Assembly: GCF_031769215.1 (NCBI RefSeq)
Contig: NW_026782527.1
Coordinates: 248,001 to 312,000 of the forward strand
Direction of reading: 5' to 3'
Origin: Ylistrum balloti
Taxonomy: Eukaryota
DNA length: 64,000 nucleotides
Below the pieces are notes generated by a model that saw only the letters and a program-made list of their open reading frames with translations, did not search any database and was not told the DNA's origin. Below, one piece after another: positions 50,829 through 62,445 of this stretch. The translations under genes and the position numbers were made by a program. The first letter of the stretch is position 1, and each line of letters opens with the position of its first letter.

Positions 50829-53084
50829 AAAGTCTGTAGACTGCCAGCTGTTAGTACTCTCCCTCAATTCCTTGTGTTAAAATATTGAACAGTCTTTTCA
50901 TCTCCAAAGTTTTATCTAGTTTAACTGGTCTTGAAAACTTTGATGTAAATTAAATTTGAGTTTATATACTGTAAAACCATGCTCATGCATCATGCAGCAT
51001 AGACGATGACGTAAATATTGAAATATTACCATTTGGTAATGTCTGAAGGAACCAGTTAGTTCTCTGATCAAAACCTAATGTTAGACCCAAGGGCTTCAGC
51101 TGTCATTGTTAGAACCTTGAAGTAGCAGTTTTACAAAATGATTTTGAAAGTTCATAGAGTACTGAATGTTTTTCTTTCAAAAATTATTTTCTCTCTTGAC
51201 TGGATATTGCTCTTAAGATTTTTTTTGTCACAAAATTTAAAAATGTTCCTTATTTTTTCTTTTCAAGGTTAAAATCCTCACAACAATTTGAGAATTGGAC
51301 ACAGGTTCTGTGCTGGAATAAAAATGGTTATAATCATTTAAGGCACTTGATTTTAAAAAGTCCCAAACAGTTCTATACAAAATAAAAGAAAAAAAAAAAA
51401 CCCCAAAAAACCCTCTTGTGTCTGGAACAAAAATGGCTACATAACCATTTAACTTTGTTAGTGTTATATAAAATAAGGGTTGGTGCCTGATATTGATTGT
51501 ACTCCAACATAATGGGCATATCTACTCTCTAGTGTTTTCTTATTAAACTTTGATGATCACATTTTCTGGTTTAAGGTTCTTGACGGGATTGCTTTCCATA
51601 AAGCTGTGGACCATTAAGCTGCGTTCTTGATAAGTAATGAAACTTAATTGTCTTCACGCAGATGAAATTTTGTCGACAGAAATTTTGTGTCACCATGGAA
51701 ATGGTGCTGATGAAAGAGTGAAGTTAGATGTGACCTTTTCCTATTGTACCAGCTCTTACCTTAGCCATTTAAGTGAAATATTGTGTTGGCGTTCATGGCA
51801 TCGTAAGACAACAACAGGTAGACATATTAAGAAGGTATTCAGAGTGAGGATGTCTCGAAGCACCAGAATAAAAATGTTTTACAGTCTAAACACCAAATTA
51901 GGGGTGTAAAAACAGCTAGGCCTAATGATCATCTATTTTTATGTCTTCGTGGAAAGACAGATCAAATGGCTTGGCAACTTGATAATAGAAAGGGCTGTGT
52001 ACAAGAATGAGATCATTTGAGTGTAAATCAGTTCATGTCTTCATGCTAATGTAACAACTTGTCTGGCTTCTTGTACCTCTTTCTGGAGAATCTACTTGTA
52101 ATGATTGCATTGAGTCTACAAGTCTGTTGTTTGTCACTTTTTTGGATTAGATATATTTACATATAATTATGCACATGTATTTTTTGGAACATTTTCCTCA
52201 GGTTTGTAATATCAATAGAATAGAAGTTCTTTCACCACAACCAGTACACTTCTACCTGTTGCCTTATGAGAACTTCTGTTCTACACACATGTACTTTTTT
52301 TCCCCGATTTATCAAAAAATTTATACAGGTCCCATACTTGCCCATTTTTTAAAGTTCTCAAGGGGGGACTTTTTTGGCATCTTTTACTCGACATGCATGA
52401 CACCTTACACTTGGTGGCATTTGTCACAAAGGAACTGTTAGCAGGACATAGATTAATTAATAAGTATCTAATTAATATTTTAAGAGAGATTAATTAATAA
52501 GTATTTAATTAATATTTTCAGAGATGTTCATGTTAATAATGAGCATGTTTTACTATAACTTAACAATAAAAGTTGTAATGTTTGTTTGCAAGCAAGGATC
52601 AAGATGATCAGTTTTATTGAATGACCAATCAGATATGTCCTTCAGTTGGCAATAACAACAATGGCAGCTGTTTGAATTTGAATGAAGTTCTCCACAAAAA
52701 AAGAAGTCTGTTTTTTCAAAATTATTTTTGAATAATATTTGATTTAGGATTTGGGGTTTGTTTACATATATATGTAACAGAAAGGTATCACCTGAAAGTG
52801 AATTAAATACATGCCAATTGTGTTTTCACTGGATACCAGCCTGTATTTGACTTGGATTTCTGCAAACATAAATCGGTAGTCTTATTTCGCATTCACAGTG
52901 AGCAAGAGATAAGTAAATTTAGTCTGTCGTATTTTAAGTCATGTTTTCCTTGCAGGTTATTTATTTGTTATCATCTTAATACGTAGTAAAAATTCAAGAA
53001 CATTTGGCTGAATATCAACACGTTTTCTTAGGCTGGTTTCTCTCTTGTATTTCGTTTGGTCCCTTCACGAGTTATGTAGTACCA

Positions 53085-53650
53085 TATAAGCCCTCATCCA
53101 CTTGAGGGGCAGGGTTGGAAAGGTGAAACTAAGCAGGTTCTGTAAAATCCTTCTTCTGTATGAATGATAAGATTATGTCCAAATTTGGTCTGAAGCATCT
53201 TTTAAATGAACGGGAATCTATTATGTTTAAGCGGTAGGTCTGTGTACCCTGGGTTGGGAGGGGCAAAGTCCAATATCAGAAATAGAGCAATATTCTTTGA
53301 AATCCTTCTCCTTCTGTAGGAATGTTGGGATCTTATCCCTATTGGCCTGAAAAATTGTTGGGTGAAGGGAAGTTTATTTTGAATAAACAGTGGACCTCAG
53401 CCCCCTGGGGCAGGGAACTTAATAGGGGGACTTAAAAAAGAGAAAATTCCCTAAATGCTTCTATGGAAATTCCTTGATTCTGTCCAAACTTGATCTAAAG
53501 CATACCTTGATGAAAGGAACACTATTTTGTATAATCCTCAATAGTCTTCGATAATCAAACGTATTGTCCTTTTTGTTTATGAAGATAACATTAAAGATAT
53601 TGGAGTGTCTAGAACTTAATCAGATTTTATGGAGTTATCGCCCTTCTTCA
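53085..53650. mobile_element. HINE-like core repeat fragment
   Basis: About 3 diverged ~150-bp units (AAATCCTTCT...GTCCAAAYTTGRTCT.AAGCAT...GAAGGGAA). Confidence 0.5.
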
Positions 53651-53809
53651 TTGTAACATTGAAATGGATCATATCTCAGATACAGTATCATCAGTTGCAA
53701 AACATTTCGGGATGATGGAAATTCCCTGATTCAGACTTGATCAGTTGTAGCTGGTAAGGTTATCTCGCTGATCGTCATAAGGGAGGCTTGTTGCATGCCA
53801 TCAAGAACC

Positions 53810-53945
53810 ATTACTGTTAAGTGTCTTGCCCATGGTCACAATCATTAGAGAATAGGACAGCCAGTTTCAAAGCTTCTTGAGAAACACAAACCACCCATAG
53901 CAGGGATCTTCAAACCACATACCTCGGAACTTCACCTGAGGTTGC
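53810..53945 (-). mobile_element. Fragment of the 44.3-kb SINE family
   Basis: Shares AAGTGTCTTGCCCAT, GAAACACAAA and ...CCTGAGG with 44340-44585. Confidence 0.6.
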
Positions 53946-56284
53946 AAAATGTATGGTTTTACTGATTGAGTCATCACAAGCCTGGCGTGTAAAATAAAAG
54001 CAAAGTGGTATGTTTGAGAAATTGGTATTGACCCTAGTTTATATCTTCTGGAAGTGGGCTGTTTTCTGATCAGCTTTTCAGCCTACATTGATTGAATTCA
54101 ATTCTCAAGAGAAATGAACTTGGCTTAGAAAAACTCTCCTGAAAATACAACATATTCTATCAAAATTGCATTGGTCTTCATTTATCAAAATTCTGTTAAA
54201 ATAATGATGATAGTTTAAGGATAATCAAACACGAGTTAGAATGTTTTTGAAGATTAGAATTTTATTTTCAAGATGGAAATTTATTTTTAAGATGAAAAAA
54301 AAAAGTAAAAGCAGTTATTTTGAGATTAACTTTATTGTTGGAGGTAGAGTTCGGTCAGAGACTTGTAACAAGTGATATATCAAATGTGCTTTGAGACATA
54401 GAGAATAAGTATTGATGCTTTTGAAAATCTGCCGAAGCTATTTGAAAACTGCCAGTAGTCCTACAGGGAAATCTATACAGATTTGAAAATCGTCAGACTG
54501 ACATCATTCTTTAAAGAAATGTGCAAATTAAACATGGATGAGCTTACTCTATATAAGTGTAGCCATATTTAGGTATGGCAGGGTAATTCTGTAGAGACCG
54601 ACTAGGGGAAAACTCTAGTCTTTTACTTTTTGTCATGGAGATCAAAGAAACAGAAATAAACTAACCAGAGGCTATTGTCTAAATTACAGGTTTCTTGTAC
54701 TCTAATGTAGGCTCATAAAGAATTCAGGTGCCAATTTAACAAAAAATCTAGCTTACAGCTTTGCTGGGGCAGTGAGTGATTCTGGAAATCAGTTTTAATG
54801 AAAGACATCATCAGATAATGTTGGACAGTAAGGTCTCTGTCAGTTAATGCTGTTCAAACATTGTTTGGGTTGGTGCAAGCGTCAATGTAAGAGTTGTTGG
54901 GGACAAATTGCATCATTTTATACAAAACAACAAAGTCTGATGTCAATAGCTTGGTTTATTACTGAACCGAATCTACATTATATAATTTGGCAAAACTTAG
55001 GGGCTACTCTGTATTGTCCTATTATAAGCTACCATCATAATGATGAGCCTGTTAGTAATGTACTCTCAGAAGGCCCATGCTAGTTGATAAAACCTGGGGA
55101 TAGCCTTGCAGGTGAACTGTGAAAGAAGTTATAAACTAGTTTATAACTCAAATAACAGAAAATCAGCCCAAAGTATGAATTGGGGGTAAAAAATTCAACT
55201 AGCTTGCATCCAACTGCTCTCCTCCTCCTCTAATTAACTCTAGAGTGATCACTTACAAAGAAGTCAACTGACCATTGGTCAATGATGTCACATGATCTGA
55301 TTAAGACTATTTATAATCATGACCTCATACATAAGTCCTAATTAGGAATATATAAAAGAAGATTGTACTAGTCTGTGGTTGTCATGGCGGGATAAGTAGA
55401 GCTCACTTTTGTATAAACTTAAATTAAATAAATTTACATATGGTGTGGATATTAACGTGCTAAATTGATCAGTGATTTGAAATAATGATACATCTGAAAA
55501 ATTGTTTAATTCTAGATTAGGTTAATCCAAATAAAGAAATATAAAAAAAATCTTATTCTGTATAAAGAAATAGTCCTATTTTGGTTGTAAACTCAGAGTG
55601 TGTTTTTTAAAAAATGCTGTGAAATAAGGAAAATTATTTAAATAAAGTGTGATAAAGACCACCTAATTATTAAGATACAGTGGAAAGCACTTAATGTCAT
55701 GTCTGTTAATATCACATTTCCTTAAAACACCAATTTTTTTCCTATATATTCTATGCAATTCAACATCTGAATTGGTTTAAATATCCGAAAAAATCTGTCA
55801 ACATTTAATGTCATGTTCTGCTTATTATCACATTTTATTCTGAAAAACGGAACATAATATTAAGCAGTTTCAACTGCACTTAGTATCCAATGTTGTTATG
55901 TTAAAAAAGAAAAAGAAAATTGAGATAAAAATGGTCTTTGTGGTTATGTTAATCATTAACCTGAGAACATAAGGTATATTTAAATATCACAAGTGATATC
56001 AATGATTGTAATGGAGACCATGAAGGAATGGCAGACAGTGAAAAATCACCAGAAACGCAACCAGGACTATTACATGATGGAAAAAATGCTTTGCCCAAAT
56101 GAGTAATAAACCACTGGATTGAACTTTGATTGGAGGTGATATCCACAGGATCGAATTTAAATCCAGATTTAACAGATATTGGTTTTATCACCAAGTGAAA
56201 TTTCAGCCTAGCATATCACCAGTCCATCGTTCTGAAATAGGAAATTGTTAATACGAGTATAACAGGAAAGAGAAAATAGTGTGT

Positions 56285-56347
56285 TTCCACCGGGGATCAA
56301 ACCTGTGACCTCCAGGTCTCTAGCCGGACGCTCTACCACTGAGCCAA
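56285..56347 (-). mobile_element. tRNA-derived SINE head or tRNA pseudogene (same family as 18310-18377)
   Basis: Minus strand TGGCTCAGTGGTAGAGCGTCCGGCTAGAGACCTGGAGGTCACAGGTTTGATCCCCGGTGGAAA: intact D-arm (GCTC/GAGC), mismatched anticodon and T stems. Confidence 0.65.
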
Positions 56348-58794
56348 AGGAAAATTACTTCTGGCTTGATATTATAGAGGTCAAACATGATCCTTTGTAC
56401 AATTAAAATCTGCCACAATGAAGAAGAAGGGCTTCTTATAGCCCGATTTAAAATACCTTGACAACAGGTAACAATGATCACGGTGCATCACTGCAGTGAT
56501 TTAACACAGTTTGTCTCCCATTATCTCCAATATGATATTATACATAAATGCTTACATGCTGTGTTTGATAAAAATACATAAGTTTCATATTAGTTACCAA
56601 GATTTAAATACATTCTTATTGAAATGACATACTTTACATTTCAACTGTTTTCTCATCAAGTGAGAGTCATATTCTGATATTCTAAGCCGAAGTTGATTTC
56701 TGCGTTAATGAAACTTGATTCTGGTTATTCAGTAAGGTGATGTTATTCACATCATCATACCTGCCAATTTTTCAAAATTCTCATGGGGAGAAAAGTGCAA
56801 GAACAACATTCTTGACTCGCCATGATCACTTGCTCATTGCGACATTTGTCACCAAGAAAAAATGAATGAATGTATATCAAATCAATACTTTTTGATCAGT
56901 TAAGTCAATATTCTGCCTGGGTGGAATTTGGAATTTATAGATAATGTGAATTCTCTGTAAAGTAAGATATATCTAAATTCTCAGTATTCGTTGAACTCAC
57001 ACAATGTAGCAGATATTAAGATTTATGATTATCTGTTTGGTTGTTGGTAATATATTTCCAAGTATAATGCTTCTAAAAGAATTTATTCAATTGAAATTAG
57101 AAAAAAATTATATTGATTATCTCATAATATTTTAAGCTATTTTAGTACAATTTTAGAGAAATGGGCAAATAAATGAAATAATTTCTTTCAGGAAGTTCAC
57201 AATGTTTTATTTTTTTTTTTTTTTTGACTGGGAAATATATATTTATGAAATAATTGTAGACAGATACCAATCTGGAAATTTGTTCCAGATTCTCCTATTT
57301 TGCATATGTTTATAACTATGTCCTGTTTGTCTATCATCACATTTTTTGGGGAGAACCTAACATGCTTGTAATTTTCTTCAAATTTTCAGTAAGTAAAATG
57401 TTTCTTTGGTCTGATTTTTTCACTCAGGATGCTAAGAAGTTTCTTCAAGACTTATATGGCTAAATTTGATTGAGGAACGTCTTCACATTGTCTTATCGTA
57501 AAGATTGTTTTTCAAACTATTCACTCGATGACTTTGTTATTTGGACTAATCAGCTAATGTGCATGGTTATAACTACTTGATTATTTTATTATGATCTCAT
57601 TTTAACTGACTATATGCCTAGGTGTGCTCCTGAGTCCTGACCAATGGTCTAACCACTAAATGGTTTTCAAGTTCTTATTTTTTTGTTGTGTAATTTTAGT
57701 TAGGATGACTCAAATTTCATTGAGTCGAAATTTCGGTTGAGTTGAAGTGTTTTTACAGTCCCCTCAATTGTAAAGCAAGGAAAAAGTCATTCGTTGTCTC
57801 AAAATTAATTTTTGTCAAAACATCAACACATCTTCTGACAATATCGGTTAATACATACACAGAGTAGAAAGTCACAGGTGCATAACACATGGCTAAATAC
57901 GGCTACAGGGTATCGGTACATCGTACACACAACACTTGGTCTATGGGGATTAATTACCAGTTTAATTATCCAATTAAAAGTTGGCGTCTTATAAAGTGTT
58001 ACCATCCTGTGGCAGTAACTTACCTGTCATTAAAAAAGTGGGCATTTAAACAATACATGAAAACATAAAACTTGGTTGCATGCATCTTCAGGAAGGTTAA
58101 AAACAAAACCGCCAAGCCAGTACAAACGTTTTAACGAAATCTGATTCCGACATTCCCAAGAGAAACTAATTTTGAGCTTCTTTACTAATGGACTGTTATC
58201 AGGCACTTTGTCAAATTAAGTGTTTCGACAATGATGTTGAAAGTATTTTTCATTGATAGAGTTTATATCTGTGTGTGGTTTGTTACAAGTGCTTGTACAA
58301 TGTTTTCTGTAACAGGTAAAAGCTTTCTAGTGTCGCGTTTTTCATATGTTTATTCATTCAGAATAAAGTCATATTGATATGATCTATAGCTTCATACATC
58401 GTTTCTTGTAGCGTATCAAAAGTAAATTTTAAGTTCATTTTATTGTCATGTGCTTGGTCAGTATTGTACATGTGTGTGTGACGGACACATACAGATGTAT
58501 TTGATTGGAGTTGTATTTACACGTTTTGTCGTTCAAACAATAAAAGGAGAGAGTATAAATAAATTAATTTGTTTAGTTACTGCCTTTTCAAATAACAGAT
58601 TAAACCTCACTGTTTGTGTGCTATTGTAGCCCTACTTCTTTCAGTGTCAGGAAACTGATATCATCAACCTTATTTATACACTTTGTTTGAGTCAAAATTT
58701 GCTTAAGTTGAAATATTTTCCACAGTTCCTTGAATTTCGAGATAAGGAGTATCGACTGTATAGCAAGGTTACTTATGACCTCCTTAGCACAAAC

Positions 58795-58902
58795 TCTAAA
58801 ATCGGGAGATTATTCCCAGTTTTAATCCACATGATCAGGAGACAGGGATGGAGAATAAAAATTGGGAAACTCCCACCTGATTCAGGAAAACTGGCAGGTA
58901 TG
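58795..58902. mobile_element. 3' end of a hAT-like MITE
   Basis: CGGGAGA/GGGAAACTCCC subterminal motifs ending TGGCAGGTATG. The reverse-complement terminus CATACCTGCCA occurs at 56756-56766. Confidence 0.45.
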
Positions 58903-60069
58903 CAGAATTGATGCAGCACTATCTTTGCTGGCATTGAATAATAAAAAAAAGGAGTCAGGTGTTTGTTTAAAGTTGGAAAAAAAATTGAACAGAAAAAAAT
59001 TGTGCGTGAAGGCTGTCATTATGTCAGATATTGTGTACTGTTAAGTCCTGAATTTTTGTGCATGAACTGTTCTATTGGTATAAGTACATTTGTTGTTTTA
59101 TCAGTACATTCATCGACAAAATCAAGTGTCCATAAAATAGTAATTTTTGAAAAGCTGTGAGAATTAAGCCCCACAAAAATATATGATTATACAGTACACA
59201 CCAAAAGCTGGAAAGTGATTGTGAAAAAAATATAATTGGTTTAAAAATGTAAACTAAAAAAAAATGTGATTTTTCATTAAGAAAAATTAAGGAATTAGGA
59301 TTTTCTGATATTATGTCATTGCTGCAGCATCGCTGAATGTTTTTACTGTGTTAATTACAAATAATCTCCAAAACAACTTGTTGTAACTGTATACCAGCAT
59401 GTATGCTTGTAAGGGAATTTACTCGTTTTAACCACGGAATTTGAGAGTTTGCACAAGATCCTCCTCTTGTCTTTGAATAATCAATAAAATTCTATCATTT
59501 TTGGTCACATGATGTTTTCTGTTGGCTGCTTGCCAATGTTTGGTCAGGTAGTAAAACCATTTTTAAAAGAATTCTATTGTATAAAGTCAAATTCTGTCGG
59601 GAATTGCCATCAGACAAGTCTTAAAATCACATTTGTATACATCTTGCACCGTCAGATTCAGGCGCGATGACAGCTGGGTACGAGTATCAGGTTTACACTC
59701 TTCAGCATTCAGATTCTATTCCATGAAAGTAAATTTAATATTGAATAATTCACCAACGTTTCCTTACAAATTGCATTTATATAGCCGTAAATCACACAGG
59801 CAATGTCAACTTGGTCTCAGTGGCTTGTCATACCTTGTACATATCCTGACATAGTATTTTAATAGCTATTCCAATGAAATATTGTGAGGATTCTTATAAA
59901 TACAGATTTTTAAGTACTTTGAAGGTTGCCTTTTTAATGGATGAGATTTTTGCAGATTCACTTATAACATTACCAATAAATGTATAGATGTGATGAAACA
60001 ATCAATTTTATTTTCTGTATCTTTCATTTTTGAGGTATTCATTTTTGGAGACTTTTTTCCATCCTTGAA

Positions 60070-60345
60070 ATAGAGAAAAGAAAATCCACCAAAAATAAAA
60101 TCAGTATATTAGAATTGGAACATGAGGTAGGAAAACAGTAAGTGGAAGATGTGGGAAGGAAATGAAAGAAGAATAAAGAAATAAAGGGAAGTGAAAATGA
60201 AAGTAAGCAAAATTAGGAAAGCAAGAGTGATGAAAGAGAAATGAATGAAGAACAGTGAAGTAAGCTGAATGACATTTAGAAATAGGTGAGGAAGAGGGAT
60301 GAAAATTTAAGAGGAAAGAAGGTAGAAAAAATAGAAAAAACATTA
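60070..60345 (+). repeat. Purine-rich (GA) low-complexity tract
   Basis: Nearly all G/A on the + strand; this produces the spurious F/L/P-rich minus-strand ORF 60101-60343. Confidence 0.85.
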
Positions 60346-62239
60346 TATTATGATTGAAAACAAGATTTTTGATTTGGGTTATACAATTTTAATCATTTGA
60401 AATTAATAGAATGAAATAATAAAGAATTTAGTTAAAATGATAAAATGATAATTGAAAATAAGATTTTGAATTTAGTTTGTGCAATTATAATAATTCAAAA
60501 TCAGTAAAATGAAATAATAAAAAACTTGATATATTTTTTTTAACTTTTGAATGGAAACTATTGAAATCTCATGTAGGTAAGTGGATTAAGATATCCTTCA
60601 GTAGAACATAAGTAGATAGATTCTTGTTTATCTGACCATGGAAAATTCACAGATTTATTGTCTTTAAAGTTCATTACAGCAGAACCTTTCTATTATTATT
60701 TCAAAATTCATTCAAATTTAGGTTGAAAAATTATGAATCCTGAAATAAATATGACATACAAAATTATTTTAATTTTACTGTATCTGGCAATTAAGTCCCT
60801 GCATGGTATTAAGTCCACCAAGATATGTATTTCAGTTTGAAAAGAAATGCCAAGAATATCATTGATTTTGTAATAAGCTCATCCCACTACCTTCTGTTAA
60901 AGATTATCTGTTGACCTCTCAGTTACATTGCATGGCTTTTTGTTGGATAAATACAGTATCATACTTTGGAAAAGTCCTGACCAAATGTGATGTGTCGTCA
61001 TCAGACTCTGTCCAGGACATAGTTCTCTTTTACTTGTCTGTTCAATTTTGTTATGCAACAAATGACTTCTCCATACTGTGTTTGATCAGACAGCATCTTG
61101 TAGCAGGCGAAATAACTATTTTGCAATGAGAAGCACGTAGGTTTGGAGACTTGGTGATTCAGGTCATGGAGAAAAGCCTTCATGCATATGATGAGTAAAA
61201 GCATTTAATTGTAGTATGTCCACAAAGAATTGGTTACGATGAAGAATTTAATTTACAATGTGTGGCACGCTGTAAAACTAAAGCACTCAAATGTTGCCAA
61301 CTGCTGTTGGAACGGAGCTTTTGTAAATACCATGGTTGTTAGATGATTTATCACTACTGGTGGCCCTGGGCGACACACAGGTTGTTATGGCATACTCTCA
61401 ATCCATGTAAAGGCGAGAAAACAAAATCTCATAAAACTGTAGAAATTAACACAACCAAAGACTGCTGTCTCTCATGGCAACTGCACCTGGTGATTTCAGA
61501 AACATTCATTTGAAAGATTTGTTACAAAATTTTTGAATGCTCTTGTGTAATAGACTTGACAATTGAATTTAATAAATGGGGGCAGAGACTTGGAGCTATT
61601 GTGTTAAGCTGGTTATATGGAATAAAATCAGCACTGAACTGACTTCATTCTTGATTGACATTAGCTTAGAAGTCAGTGCAAGGATTTGCCATGGTTATGA
61701 ATATTCAATAATCGTTATATAATTGTCAATATCTGATATATCTGCATCAATATATTACATTTAACTATTTTACTGAGTTCATCAGGCAAAAAGCCCATGC
61801 CTCATACTACCTCCACCTTCATCTATTGCTGACTAGTAAATTTGATAACTAATGCTATCTCATTGTCTTGAAATAAGCCCACCCCCGACTTGAATAAGAA
61901 CTTATGTGTTGGACCCTGGTAATATACAAATTCAAGATTGATGTATCAATGTTTTAGACATAATGTATTAATACATACGAGCCCCTTCCAACAAATAAGC
62001 ACCCTAAGTCATTTTTGTAGAATCATCAATTTCAAAGTTATTTGTAGCAGTTTTTTGTAAGGTAAAAGTAGTTAACAAATAAGCTCTTCTCAAACTTTAT
62101 TTCTAAACTTTTACACTTGGGGAGTAAAACATATTGGACCAGAAAGTATTGAAAAAAACAAGAAAATATCAAGATATGAACATGATTATAAACTCCAATT
62201 TGATAAAAACTAGGACAAATATGTAAAAACTTCAGATTT

Positions 62240-62445
62240 ATATGGAGACTGCTGAAAAAGTACAAGGAGAATAAGACCAGGTATTCTGGAAGAGTAAGCA
62301 TTTTCTACTTCATCCAAGACACACTCCAAGTAAATCTAAATCAATCCAAGTAATGTCACATTCTCAAATGAGAACAAGGTATACAACAATGGAAATGACA
62401 AGCAAACTAACAAATCAAACACATCCAGCTTCCTATCACACATAG
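62240..62445 (-). repeat. Dispersed repeat, copy 2 (homologous to 29510-29670)
   Basis: The reverse complement contains TGACATTACTTGGATTGA...GATGAAGTAGAAAATGCTTACTCTTCCAGAATACCTGGTCTTATTCTC. Confidence 0.65.

Noticed and set aside
56756-58902. Single 2.1-kb hAT element bounded by CATACCTGCCA / TGGCAGGTATG
   Set aside because: The flanking 8-mers (CACATCAT and CAGAATTG) are not a TSD and there is no internal transposase; more likely ends of two separate MITEs.
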